Below are positions 8,433-17,766 of a DNA stretch of 34,845 nucleotides, piece after piece (within the stretch, counting starts at the first letter, position 1; every line of letters begins with the position of its first letter). Source of the stretch: an uncultured Clostridia bacterium (GTDB lineage Bacteria; Bacillota; Clostridia; Oscillospirales; Acutalibacteraceae); NCBI GenBank assembly GCA_947628595.1, contig CANRAN010000001.1:1-34845 (forward strand), in the 5' to 3' direction. Made by a program: the position numbers and the translations under genes. The notes under the pieces were generated by a model. That model made no database searches and was not told the DNA's origin. It saw nothing but the letters and a program-made list of their open reading frames with translations.

Positions 8433-10985
8433 ATGATAAAATATAAGCTCAGTGAGGTAGCAAAAAACCTTAATGTTCCAAGCAAGGAACTCTCCGAGGT
8501 ACTCAGAACATACCTCAACTCCAATAAAAAATCAGGTGCAATACTTACAGAGGAAGAACTCAATATTATAGTTGAGTATTTCACTCAAAAGACAATGATG
8601 AGTAATCTTAATGATTATTATCAGAGCGCAAATGAACCAAAAATTGATGCGAGCAAAAAGAAAGAGGATACCGAAAAGCCTAAAAATGTAAAGGCTGAGA
8701 AGTCTGATAAACAGGATAAAAATAATAACCGAAAAAAAGACAATAAATCCGGAAACAACAAGGCTCAGAAAGCCGAGAAAAATCCCGTAGCAGATAAAAG
8801 CGAGAAAACTGAAAATAAAGTGTCGGATAAGAATAATCAGAGAGAAAACGACAAAAACTCTCCGAAGCAGGCAGTTAATGAAAAATCCTCTAATAAAAAG
8901 CAGAAGAAAAATAAAGCACCGGCGGCAGCTCGCCCGAAACAAGAAACACATATTCTCTCCGGTAAAAAGTTTGACAAGAGTGAAGCCGTGACTGAAGATA
9001 ACAGCAAGGTAAACGAAAACAGAGGAAGGATTATTAATACAAGGGCTTCTCATGTAAATATTGATAAGTATAATGAAAAGTACGACAGGCTCGCAAGCGA
9101 AAAAATGCATAGGGAGCCTACTGTACAAAAACAGAAGATAAATCAACGCTCACAACAGAAGGGCAAGCCACGTAATTCACGAAAGGAAACTGAACAGGAA
9201 CGCCTAAACAGAATTGCAAATGACCGTAAGAATAAGCCAATCACAGTACAGATACCTGATGAAATTACAGTCGGTGAACTTGCACTCAGGTTGAAGGTCA
9301 CTGCGTCCGAGCTTATCAAAAAACTAATGATGCTTGGAGTTATGGCAAGTATGAGTGATGTCATAGATTTCGATACCGCCTCTCTTGCCGCTATGGAATT
9401 CCATGCAAAGATAGAAAAGGAAGTTATTGAAACAATCGAGGAAAAAATTATTGATAACAGTGAGGATGATGACGATAATCTTGTGGAGCGTGCGCCTGTG
9501 GTTGTCGTTATGGGCCATGTTGACCATGGAAAAACATCCTTGCTCGATGCAATACGTCATGCACACGTTACAGATACAGAGGCAGGCGGCATTACACAGC
9601 ACATAGGAGCATATCGTGTTAAGATCAACGGTAGAAATATCACCTTCCTCGACACACCCGGACATGAGGCATTTACAACCATGAGAGCAAGAGGTGCCCA
9701 AGTTACAGACATTGCAATACTCGTTGTTGCAGCAGATGACGGTATCATGCCACAGACAATAGAGGCTATTCACCATGCAAAGGCGGCAGGAGTTTCAATT
9801 ATCGTTGCAGTCAATAAGATTGATAAACCGGGCGCAGATATAGAACGTGTCAAATCACAGCTTACCGAGCACGAGCTTGTTCCTGAGGAATGGGGCGGCG
9901 ATGTTCCTGTCATTCCTGTTTCGGCACACACAAAGGAGGGTATTGATGACCTTCTTGAAATGGTTTTACTCGTTGCCGATATGAAGGAGCTTAGGGCTAA
10001 CCCCGACAGGGCTGCCAAAGGTACCGTTATAGAGGCAAGACTTGATAAGGGCAGGGGTCCTATTGCAACAGTGCTTGTGCAAAACGGAACACTGAATATA
10101 GGCGATATCATTGTGGCGGGAACAACTGTCGGACGTGTCAGAGCGATGTCAGATGATAAGGGTGTTAAGGTTAAATCAGCAGGTCCGTCTGTTCCGGTTG
10201 AAATAACAGGTCTTAACGATGTACCTACCGGTGGAGATATATTCAATGCAGTTTTAGATGAACGACTTGCAAGGGAACTTGTTGAGCAACGTCGTGATGC
10301 CGCAAAAGAGGAACGCTTCAATTCGGTAACTAAGGTTACTCTTGACAACCTGTTCGACCAAATGAAAATGGGCGAAATGAAGGAACTTAAGATTATAGTC
10401 AAAGCTGATGTTCAAGGTTCAGTTGAGGCTGTAAGACAATCCCTTGAGAAACTTACCAATGATGAGGTTCGTGTAAACGTCATATACAGTGCAGTAGGCG
10501 CAATTAAGGAGTCCGACGTTATGCTTGCTACTGCATCAAATGCTATTATAGTCGGCTTCAATGTACGACCGGATCCTGTCGCTGAGGATGATGCAAAACG
10601 TAACGGTGTAGATATGCGTCTGTACAGAGTAATTTATGACTGTATCGAAGAAATTGAAGCTGCCATGAAAGGTATGCTTGCGCCTAAATTTAAGGAAAAT
10701 ATCCTTGGAAAGGTTGAAGTAAGGCAGACATACAAAATCACCAATGTCGGACTCGTTTCAGGTTCTTATGTACTTTCCGGTAAAGTTGTGCGTGGCGCTC
10801 AGTGCCGTGTAGTACGTGACGGAATTGTTATTGCGGACGATGTGGTTGCTTCTTTGCAGAGATTCAAGGACAGCGTCAAGGAAGTGACCCAGGGATTTGA
10901 GTGTGGTATAACGCTTGAAAAGTACAGTGATATTAAAGAAGGGGATATTTTCGAGATTTACGAAATGGAAGAAATAAAGCAATAA
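8433..10985 (+). CDS. infB: Translation initiation factor IF-2
   Basis: AGGAGG RBS. G domain with [20 protein letters not shown] and NKIDK, and a conserved C-terminal IF2 domain. The N-terminal ~250 aa is K/N/E-rich low complexity, as is common in IF-2. Confidence 0.98.
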   Translation: MIKYKLSEVAKNLNVPSKELSEVLRTYLNSNKKSGAILTEEELNIIVEYFTQKTMMSNLNDYYQSANEPKIDASKKKEDTEKPKNVKAEKSDKQDKNNNRKKDNKSGNNKAQKAEKNPVADKSEKTENKVSDKNNQRENDKNSPKQAVNEKSSNKKQKKNKAPAAARPKQETHILSGKKFDKSEAVTEDNSKVNENRGRIINTRASHVNIDKYNEKYDRLASEKMHREPTVQKQKINQRSQQKGKPRNSRKETEQERLNRIANDRKNKPITVQIPDEITVGELALRLKVTASELIKKLMMLGVMASMSDVIDFDTASLAAMEFHAKIEKEVIETIEEKIIDNSEDDDDNLVERAPVVVVMGHVDHGKTSLLDAIRHAHVTDTEAGGITQHIGAYRVKINGRNITFLDTPGHEAFTTMRARGAQVTDIAILVVAADDGIMPQTIEAIHHAKAAGVSIIVAVNKIDKPGADIERVKSQLTEHELVPEEWGGDVPVIPVSAHTKEGIDDLLEMVLLVADMKELRANPDRAAKGTVIEARLDKGRGPIATVLVQNGTLNIGDIIVAGTTVGRVRAMSDDKGVKVKSAGPSVPVEITGLNDVPTGGDIFNAVLDERLARELVEQRRDAAKEERFNSVTKVTLDNLFDQMKMGEMKELKIIVKADVQGSVEAVRQSLEKLTNDEVRVNVIYSAVGAIKESDVMLATASNAIIVGFNVRPDPVAEDDAKRNGVDMRLYRVIYDCIEEIEAAMKGMLAPKFKENILGKVEVRQTYKITNVGLVSGSYVLSGKVVRGAQCRVVRDGIVIADDVVASLQRFKDSVKEVTQGFECGITLEKYSDIKEGDIFEIYEMEEIKQ

Positions 10986-10998
10986 ATTCAACAAGGCT

Positions 10999-11041
10999 GC
11001 CTTATTAAGTATGTTAATACTTAATAAGGCGCCAGTTTTTT
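10999..11041 (+). terminator. Intrinsic terminator after infB
   Basis: GCCTTATTAAGTAT (10999..11012), loop GTTA, ATACTTAATAAGGC (11017..11030), then a T6 run at 11036..11041. Confidence 0.6.
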
Positions 11042-11067
11042 CATATATACCAAACCCCATGAATAAT

Positions 11068-11115
11068 AAAAATCAGAGCTGCCGACAGTTCAAACTGAAA
11101 GCAGCTCTGATTTTT
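11068..11115. terminator. Bidirectional intrinsic terminator between the convergent infB operon and pilin genes
   Basis: AAAAATCAGAGCTGC (11068..11082) pairs with GCAGCTCTGATTTTT (11101..11115): a GC-rich stem with an A-run on one side and a T-run on the other. It lies 17 nt beyond the stop of the minus-strand pilin gene. Confidence 0.7.
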
Positions 11116-11131
11116 ATTATATAACCGATAA

Positions 11132-11842
11132 TCAGTCAATTACATCATTTAAAAAAACCACACCGGTTTTATCCTTAACAGCATCGTCTCCAACCTTTAC
11201 AGTACCGAAATCGGCATCTTCCACAAGCGTTGTACTGACATTTGTGCTTATTTTTCTGCGTAGATCATCTGCATTATTAAGTATTACAGATCCACTTAAA
11301 GAATATCCGTCAACCATCTTTATATCATAATTCAGATAATAAAAACACTGCGATGGGTCATCAACAACATCAGGCGCAATCTTTTGCTTTTTACACGAGA
11401 AAACGATACTTTCGACTCCCTCAATCTCAATAGCATTAGATTCATTCAGATTTCCGGCATCATCTCTATCCTGAGATTTATATGTGGCATTGGTTTCATC
11501 TTTCTCCATCGTTATGTAGGAAACCCCGGTTTTATTCGCCATACCACTCACAAGCTGATTAAAAGCAGTTTCATTAAATATATGTGATGTAGTCGGAGTA
11601 GCGGTAGTAGGTGTAGATGAGTCTATAAAGTACAGATTTTTGCAGTTTCTTGCACCTGTAACAATATAGTTCTCAATCATGCCTGCCTTTTGCTGCTGCG
11701 AAATAAGAGCGGAAGAAGTGGAATAGTTATTAAGTGCCGAAACAAATATACCCACACCCATACCGGATGTTATAGCCAGTATAGCAACTGTAACTACAAG
11801 TTCAACAAGCGTAAGACCTTTTTTACTTCTGATTTTCTTCAT
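11132..11842 (-). CDS. Type IV prepilin-like protein (236 aa) with a C-terminal Cys pair
   Basis: Class III signal MKKIRSKKG/LTLVELVVTVAILAI, with Gly at -1, Glu at +5 and a hydrophobic helix. Two Cys are 18 residues apart (FSCKK...PSQCFYY), resembling a pilin D-region. Start set at the ATG at 11842 (GGAGG 11 nt upstream) rather than the track start at 11878. Confidence 0.8.
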   Translation of the reverse strand: MKKIRSKKGLTLVELVVTVAILAITSGMGVGIFVSALNNYSTSSALISQQQKAGMIENYIVTGARNCKNLYFIDSSTPTTATPTTSHIFNETAFNQLVSGMANKTGVSYITMEKDETNATYKSQDRDDAGNLNESNAIEIEGVESIVFSCKKQKIAPDVVDDPSQCFYYLNYDIKMVDGYSLSGSVILNNADDLRRKISTNVSTTLVEDADFGTVKVGDDAVKDKTGVVFLNDVID

Positions 11843-11861
11843 CTCAAACCCAACCTCCATT

Positions 11862-12437
11862 TTATATATAAGGTACAAAGCTTTCGCAGATTATCTCTCC
11901 ACTTGCTGTTTCAAACCTTGTCATTATCCTCATTCCCGAAATATCGTGATTAGCAGTACCACCCGTGCCCGACGTAACAAGCGAAGTCGTTTCGGGAATT
12001 AATGTATATTGGTATGATTGACCGTCCACAAAAGCAGCTTCATAATTGCCACTGCCATTAACAGTAGGAGGCACAAAAACAACTCCACTCAGTCGCTCAT
12101 TGATAGCCGAAACGACTGCCACAGCACTTTCATCACTGGAGGGGCTGATACCATGTGCCTGAATATCTTTAATATTGTCTATAAGATCTTTTGCCTGACT
12201 CTCATCTTCAATTTTCAGACATCTGAAAGTGCCGAATATAATCTCATTTACCGAAGCATCCAGCAGGTCCTCCCTATTCCCGTCTGCATTGTACACTGTG
12301 GTAGTATATCCGTTTACCATTCCGCTAAGAGTAGAAGCAAATACGATAACTATAATGGCAACACCGACAAGCACTTCAACAAGGGACATACCTTTTTTTG
12401 ACCTCAGCTTATTCTTTATTAATAATCTTTTTTTCAT
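11862..12437 (-). CDS. Type IV prepilin-like protein (191 aa)
   Basis: Class III signal MKKRLLIKNKLRSKKG/MSLVEVLVGVAIIVIVF with Glu at +5. GGAGGG RBS upstream. No Cys in the mature part. Confidence 0.8.
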   Translation of the reverse strand: MKKRLLIKNKLRSKKGMSLVEVLVGVAIIVIVFASTLSGMVNGYTTTVYNADGNREDLLDASVNEIIFGTFRCLKIEDESQAKDLIDNIKDIQAHGISPSSDESAVAVVSAINERLSGVVFVPPTVNGSGNYEAAFVDGQSYQYTLIPETTSLVTSGTGGTANHDISGMRIMTRFETASGEIICESFVPYI

Positions 12438-12525
12438 TTTCAGGAACCCTCCGTCTATCGTATTTAGTACATAAGTATATTCATATCCACACCGCCGAGT
12501 ATATTACTAACATATATACGCTTTT

Positions 12526-12553
12526 ATTATACTATATCTCCAAGAAAATTCAA
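12526..12553 (-). promoter_or_regulatory. Candidate sigma-A promoter for the two prepilin genes
   Basis: Reverse strand reads TTGAAT (12553..12548), 16 nt spacer, TATAAT (12531..12526), ~85 nt upstream of the ATG at 12437. Confidence 0.4.
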
Positions 12554-12626
12554 TGATTTTTCAGAGGATAAATTTAACAAAATTTCCGAATACTATTTAG
12601 TAATATTAATAGTATGAACAGGCAAA

Positions 12627-12658
12627 CGGTACACTGACGTTTATCCGCCAATGTACCG
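12627..12658 (-). terminator. Hairpin downstream of pilC (possible weak terminator or attenuator ahead of the pilin genes)
   Basis: CGGTACA (12627..12633) pairs with TGTACCG (12652..12658). On the minus strand only TTT follows. It is a GC-richer island in an AT-rich 277 bp spacer. Confidence 0.3.
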
Positions 12659-12714
12659 GAAACCTCATCGTGTCTGTAATTTTAAAAGCAGCCAAAACAT
12701 ATTTACATTACTAC

Positions 12715-13953
12715 TTAGGTTGCTTCATCAATAACACCATATATACCAAACATCGGAAGGATCATGGATACAACAACCGTACCAACAACTACACCAATTA
12801 CAACTGTCATAATAGGTGTCATTGCATCGGTAAGTTTCTGAGTTGAATCATCGCTCTGCTCCTCAAACAGCTCTGCCATCTTGTATAGCGAGTCACCGAG
12901 CATACCCGACTCCTCACCTACACGCACCATTGACACAAGTATCGGATCAAACACAGGATGCTTGGACATGGCCTCGTTTATTGTTATACCAATCTGAACA
13001 TCATCAATAACCGCCTGAATCTGCTCCCTTACATAAACATTTGTAACTGCATCATGTGCAAGTCCCATCGCCTTATGAATAGGAATACCGGCATCTGTGA
13101 GCGTTGACATAATACGGCTGAAACGAGCAAGCGAGCTTTGACGGATAATAGGACCTATAAGAGGAATTCTTAGGGCAATCTTCGCTACGAACATCTGAAA
13201 ATCAGCATTATTCTTTTTGAGTGTTATAAAAGCAAAAGCAATTACCGCAACAATAATTAAAATCAGCCACCAATATCCTATGAGGACATCCGAGAATGCC
13301 ATTACCGCAAGGGTAAGTCCGGGAAGCTCCGCTCCGAACGATCCATAAGTATCCTTAAATGTCGGAAGAACGAAACCGCAGAGGATTATAATAAGTGCAA
13401 TAACAAGTACGATAAGAAAGATAGGATATGTAAATGCACTCCTAAGCTTTCCTGAAAGAGCCATATCCTTCTTACAGATAAGCGCACACTGTTGAAATGC
13501 CGAGTCAAGACGACCATTCGCTTCACCGGCTTCTATAATACTGATATATACACCGGGAAAACCTGCAAAGTTTCTCATAGACTGAGAAAGTGTAAAACCG
13601 TTATACAGATTCTCATTGATTTCACGAAGTATCTTTTTTATTGCCTGATCCTTCTCGGAGTCAATCATAATCTGCATTGCAAGTGACAGGTTGATACCTG
13701 CTTTCATCATCATACCAAGCTGGTTGAACAGCATCAGCAAAGCTTTCTTCTTCAGCTTTTTGTTATGAACATCTCCGCTTAAATCCATTTGCCAGATACT
13801 TGTAGGGGCATCTGAGCCGGCGGCCTCCTTTATATCCTGAACAATAAGTCCTTTCTCGCGAAGCATCGACACTGCCTGACTTTGTGAATCGGCCTCAATC
13901 GCACCCTCTTTTTTCTGATTTCTGACGTTCATCGCCACGTATTTATATTTCAA
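12715..13953 (-). CDS. pilC: Type IV pilus platform protein PilC (GspF family)
   Basis: 412 aa with the duplicated T2SS-F architecture: two cytoplasmic helical domains separated by TM segments. Sits next to pilT and pilB. Confidence 0.93.
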   Translation of the reverse strand: MKYKYVAMNVRNQKKEGAIEADSQSQAVSMLREKGLIVQDIKEAAGSDAPTSIWQMDLSGDVHNKKLKKKALLMLFNQLGMMMKAGINLSLAMQIMIDSEKDQAIKKILREINENLYNGFTLSQSMRNFAGFPGVYISIIEAGEANGRLDSAFQQCALICKKDMALSGKLRSAFTYPIFLIVLVIALIIILCGFVLPTFKDTYGSFGAELPGLTLAVMAFSDVLIGYWWLILIIVAVIAFAFITLKKNNADFQMFVAKIALRIPLIGPIIRQSSLARFSRIMSTLTDAGIPIHKAMGLAHDAVTNVYVREQIQAVIDDVQIGITINEAMSKHPVFDPILVSMVRVGEESGMLGDSLYKMAELFEEQSDDSTQKLTDAMTPIMTVVIGVVVGTVVVSMILPMFGIYGVIDEAT

Positions 13954-13966
13954 GACGGCTCACCTC

Positions 13967-15013
13967 TTATCTTCTGGCATCAGTATCGCCTATATCAAAG
14001 TTCCATGCCTTTGCAACCTGCTCGGTAATGAGACCCTGTGCAAGGAGGTTGTCTATACTCTTGCTCATCGTTATCATACCATATTGCTGACCGAGCTGTA
14101 TAGACTGCTGTATATTTGCTACCTTATTTTCACGAATAAGGTTACTTATGGCTCCGGTAACAAACATTATTTCAAATGCTGCTATTCGACCTCCGGTTGC
14201 TCTCGGCAAAAGTCTCTGAGAAATAACAGCCTTAAGTGAGGTAGAGAGCTGTACTCTTATCTGCTGCTGCTGATCAGGTGGGAAAATATCAACAAGTCGG
14301 TCTATCGTCTTTGCCGCACCCTCTGTATGTACCGTTGAAAATACCAAGTGACCTGTTTCAGTTGCTGTCAGCGCTATCTGAATAGATTCACGGTCACGCA
14401 TCTCTCCGACGAGTATAATATCAGGGTCTTCACGCATGGCAGCTCTCAATGCCATTGGGTACGAACGGCTGTCAAGACCTATTTCTCTCTGATTTATTAT
14501 GCAACGCTTGGGAGTGTGTAAAAACTCAACAGGATCCTCGATAGTAATTATATGCTTACTCTTATACTTATTTATCTCATTTATAAGAGCTGCAAGTGTT
14601 GTTGATTTACCTGAACCTGTAGGTCCGCACATAAGAACAAGTCCTGAATTTAGGTCAAGAGTCTTTCTTATGGAATTAGGAAGATTCAGTGTTGAAAGCT
14701 CAGGAACAACGCTGTTGATTACACGGAGTACAAGTGATGTACCATTACGCTGTCTGAAAGCATTTGCTCTGAAACGTCCACATTCGCCAATTTCAACTGC
14801 GGCATCCGCCTCTCCTGTCGCAAGGAAAGTTTCAAACCTTGATTGGTTAAGTACCGCTTTGATAATAGCTGTAACCTCGGCTTCCTTGAGAGCCGGGTCA
14901 TTTGTAAAAAACGCATTACCATGAAGGCGGTATGCCGGATGGTTGCCCGATGCCAGATGTATATCCGAAGCACCCTTTCCGACGGCTTCTTTTACAAGGC
15001 TGTAAAAATCCAT
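13967..15013 (-). CDS. pilT: Type IV pilus retraction ATPase PilT
   Basis: 348 aa with Walker A GPTGSGKSTTLAAL, Asp box and Walker B (ILVGEMRD), and AISNLIRENK, which matches the PilT signature AIRNLIRE. Confidence 0.93.
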   Translation of the reverse strand: MDFYSLVKEAVGKGASDIHLASGNHPAYRLHGNAFFTNDPALKEAEVTAIIKAVLNQSRFETFLATGEADAAVEIGECGRFRANAFRQRNGTSLVLRVINSVVPELSTLNLPNSIRKTLDLNSGLVLMCGPTGSGKSTTLAALINEINKYKSKHIITIEDPVEFLHTPKRCIINQREIGLDSRSYPMALRAAMREDPDIILVGEMRDRESIQIALTATETGHLVFSTVHTEGAAKTIDRLVDIFPPDQQQQIRVQLSTSLKAVISQRLLPRATGGRIAAFEIMFVTGAISNLIRENKVANIQQSIQLGQQYGMITMSKSIDNLLAQGLITEQVAKAWNFDIGDTDARR

Positions 15014-15074
15014 TATAATCTACCCCATTCTGTGTATAGAATTTGTGTCGAAACACATTTATATTCAGATCTCA

Positions 15075-16775
15075 TCAATCATTTGAGATCGTCATGTCAA
15101 TATACTCCTCATAGGAGGTAAGACCCTGAAGAACATCTCTTCTTACATTTTCTTTCATTGATATCATACCCTCCTCAATCGCCATATCTCTAAGTTCATC
15201 CGTACTGACCCCCTGTGTTATTGCTCTTTTCAGAGTAGTCGTCAGCATCATTACTTCATGGACTGCGACACGCCCTTTATATCCCTTCATATTGCATTTT
15301 TCGCAACCGACCGGACGATAAAGGGTTATTTCTTCATCTTCATCAAGTCCCAGACCTATACGCTCGTTAAGGTCAGGACTATATGCTTCCTTGCAGTTTG
15401 TACAAAGTCGCCTTGCAAGTTTCTGAGCAATAATTCCAAGAAGCGCCGAGGATACCATGTACGGCTCTATTCCCATATCCACAAGACGTGCAACCGAACT
15501 TGGTGCATCATATGTATGGAGGGTTGAGAGAACAAGGTGTCCTGTTATAGCTGCCTGTACAGCTATTCCGGCAGTTTCACCGTCACGGATCTCACCTATC
15601 ATTATAATGTCAGGGTCCTGACGAAGAATACTTCTCAAAGCAGCTGCAAAGGTCAGACCTGCCTTTTCGTTTGTCTGAACCTGTGTTATTCCCTGTTGAA
15701 TCATTTCCACAGGGTCTTCAACAGTTATAATGTTAATATCCTCACCCATAACCTCACGCAATGCCGTATAAAGCGTTGTCGATTTACCTGAACCCGTAGC
15801 ACCTGTTACAAGGATAATTCCTCTGTGGCTCTTTACCAGATGATTAAACTTTTCAAGATTTTCGGGCAGGAAGCCTATATTTTCCTTTTTAAGCTCCATT
15901 CCGAGCGAGGTTGTAATACGCATAACTATCTTCTCGCCAAACATACACGGCAGAACAGAAATACGGAAGTCTATATCCTTTCCGCCGACACGGTATTTGA
16001 TACGACCATCCTGTGGGATACGCTTTTCTGCTATATTCATATTTCCTATGAATTTGATACGTGATGTTACCGAAGGTATAAGCTCAGCCGCAGTTTCCAT
16101 GTAAATTTGGAGCTTACCGTCAATACGGAATCTTATTCTCAGGCAGCTTTCCATAGGCTCTATGTGAATATCGGATGCCTTTGAAAATATTGCCTCCTCA
16201 ATCATACTGTTTACAAAACGTATGATAGGCTGGTCATTCGCAGATGCTTCCTGTGCAGCTGCTGCCTCAGCCTCAAGCTCAGCCTTAGACTTTCCGGCCT
16301 TTGATTCAAGAAATTCCTTTGCATCATCGACTGCCTTCTTGGCAGCATATAACTCACGGAATTTATTCGCTATCTTTGACCCCTCGGCTATAACGGGTCG
16401 GATCTTCATCTTTGTTGTTATTCCAATATCCTGTATTCCGTTATAGTTTGTCGGATCAGCCATAGCGATGGTAAGGTATCGACCGCTCTGCTCTATTGCT
16501 ATTGCCATGTGCTTCTGTGCTATATCCTCGGGAATAATTCCCGATATTTCTTCGGGGATCTGCACCTCATCGAGATCTATGTATGGAATTGTAAGCTGCT
16601 GTTCAAGCGCCCTGCACACCTGCAACTCAGTTACAACACCGTCCTCAATAAGAATATCAGCGAGACGCTTACCGCTTCCGCCCTTCTGCTTTTTGAGTGC
16701 TTCATCAAGCTGTTCATCGGTTATAGCTCCGGCATCAATAAGAATTTGTCCGATTCTGAGACGATTCGCTTTCAT
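15075..16775 (-). CDS. pilB: Type IV pilus assembly ATPase PilB (GspE family) with an N-terminal MshEN-type domain
   Basis: 566 aa with Walker A GATGSGKSTTLYTAL, IMIGEIRD, the tetracysteine motif CTNC...CEKC, and the N-terminal RIGQILIDAGAI... repeat. Confidence 0.95.
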   Translation of the reverse strand: MKANRLRIGQILIDAGAITDEQLDEALKKQKGGSGKRLADILIEDGVVTELQVCRALEQQLTIPYIDLDEVQIPEEISGIIPEDIAQKHMAIAIEQSGRYLTIAMADPTNYNGIQDIGITTKMKIRPVIAEGSKIANKFRELYAAKKAVDDAKEFLESKAGKSKAELEAEAAAAQEASANDQPIIRFVNSMIEEAIFSKASDIHIEPMESCLRIRFRIDGKLQIYMETAAELIPSVTSRIKFIGNMNIAEKRIPQDGRIKYRVGGKDIDFRISVLPCMFGEKIVMRITTSLGMELKKENIGFLPENLEKFNHLVKSHRGIILVTGATGSGKSTTLYTALREVMGEDINIITVEDPVEMIQQGITQVQTNEKAGLTFAAALRSILRQDPDIIMIGEIRDGETAGIAVQAAITGHLVLSTLHTYDAPSSVARLVDMGIEPYMVSSALLGIIAQKLARRLCTNCKEAYSPDLNERIGLGLDEDEEITLYRPVGCEKCNMKGYKGRVAVHEVMMLTTTLKRAITQGVSTDELRDMAIEEGMISMKENVRRDVLQGLTSYEEYIDMTISND

Positions 16776-16802
16776 ATTTTCAGCTCCCGATTAAAAATAA
16801 AA

Positions 16803-17741
16803 TTAACTAAATAAATCAAAATATAGTCGTACCAAGTAGTTTACAAGATCAAACAAAGCAATATACACCGCCACTGCCGCAACCAGATACGGTCCAAACG
16901 CAAGATATGAGCCGAATCCGACTTCTCCGCCTGTTTCCTCGGCGGTTTGATCTGCTTTCTCTTCTCCGGACTGTACTTCTGTATCATCTGTTTTTGATAA
17001 TTCAGTATCAGCCTCGGAAGACAATGTCTCGTCACCCACATCCGTATCACCGATGTTTGAATCTTTGTCTGTCTTGCCATTTATGATATGAGATACAACT
17101 ATTATCACTACAAAACATACTGTTGCGGTTATAATTGCAATAAGAAACGCAGTGATCGTACCCGGAAAGCCTGTCAAAATACCCCCGGCAAGGAACAGCT
17201 TGACATCTCCAAAGCCCATTCCGTCCCGTTTATATACTATCATGCCTATAAAATCAATAAGCATCATAGATACTGCACCGATACCTGCCCCCGCAAGTGG
17301 GGACCACCATGCCGAATGGAATATATTATATCCTCTCACTATGTCATATACGCTTATCAGTACAGCAAGTATCCCTAAAATAATTGTAAACTGATCGGGT
17401 ATGATCTGATATTTTATATCTGCTATCGCTATAAGCAGACAGTCAAAGAGTATCAAAGCGAGTACACAAAAGTATATGTCATATCCCTTATTGAACTGAA
17501 GTCTGCAAAGCACAAGACACACCGATAACAATAAAGAAACAGCTATTCCCGATGGCAGATACTTCACTCTTTTACCGTTAAGCAATTCCTCTGACGGTGT
17601 TTCATTATAATCGCACAGCCATTTAGCCGGTATGTGATTAATAATGCAATAACCCAATGCAGTCAAAGCAAATCCGAGCGGTAAACACAATATCACCCAT
17701 ATCATTCCAATAGGTGAAGTCAAGTAACTAAGTGGCTGCAT
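16803..17741 (-). CDS. pilD: Prepilin peptidase (A24 family, PilD-like) with an acidic loop insertion
   Basis: Polytopic membrane protein. Catalytic Asp motifs are IADIKYQIIPD (D108) and GMGFGDVKL (D179), with a C-terminal FGPYL motif. A ~50 aa D/E/T-rich insertion (residues ~221-273) precedes the last TM. Confidence 0.9.
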   Translation of the reverse strand: MQPLSYLTSPIGMIWVILCLPLGFALTALGYCIINHIPAKWLCDYNETPSEELLNGKRVKYLPSGIAVSLLLSVCLVLCRLQFNKGYDIYFCVLALILFDCLLIAIADIKYQIIPDQFTIILGILAVLISVYDIVRGYNIFHSAWWSPLAGAGIGAVSMMLIDFIGMIVYKRDGMGFGDVKLFLAGGILTGFPGTITAFLIAIITATVCFVVIIVVSHIINGKTDKDSNIGDTDVGDETLSSEADTELSKTDDTEVQSGEEKADQTAEETGGEVGFGSYLAFGPYLVAAVAVYIALFDLVNYLVRLYFDLFS

Positions 17742-17766
17742 AAAAATCTCTCCGAACTATTATAAA

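Noticed and set aside
8640-9250. Purine-rich low-complexity DNA encoding the K/N/E/D-rich N-terminal region of IF-2
   Set aside because: A hypervariable, low-complexity N-terminal region is a known general property of bacterial IF-2. I could trace no discrete tandem DNA repeat unit.
8048-10402. Minus-strand ORFs of 178, 204, 150 and 210 aa opposite ylxQ and infB
   Set aside because: They are antisense to well-supported conserved genes. Their Phe/Ile-rich or Ser-rich low-complexity translations mirror the Lys/Glu-rich IF-2 sequence.
12438-12714. Search for a c-di-GMP riboswitch (GEMM-I/II) upstream of the pilin genes, and likewise in 20285..20784 upstream of pilMN, by analogy with C. difficile pilA1
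   Set aside because: Neither spacer shows the conserved GC-rich GEMM helices or their GCAAA/ACGCACA-type signatures. Both are mostly AT-rich with only short hairpins. An Infernal scan would be the decisive check.
15046-15052. Perfect Spo0A-box-like heptamer TGTCGAA in the pilB-pilT spacer
   Set aside because: By a rough uniform-composition estimate, a 7-mer is expected a handful of times by chance in 35 kb on both strands. It is a single copy in an intra-operon gap, with no supporting promoter.
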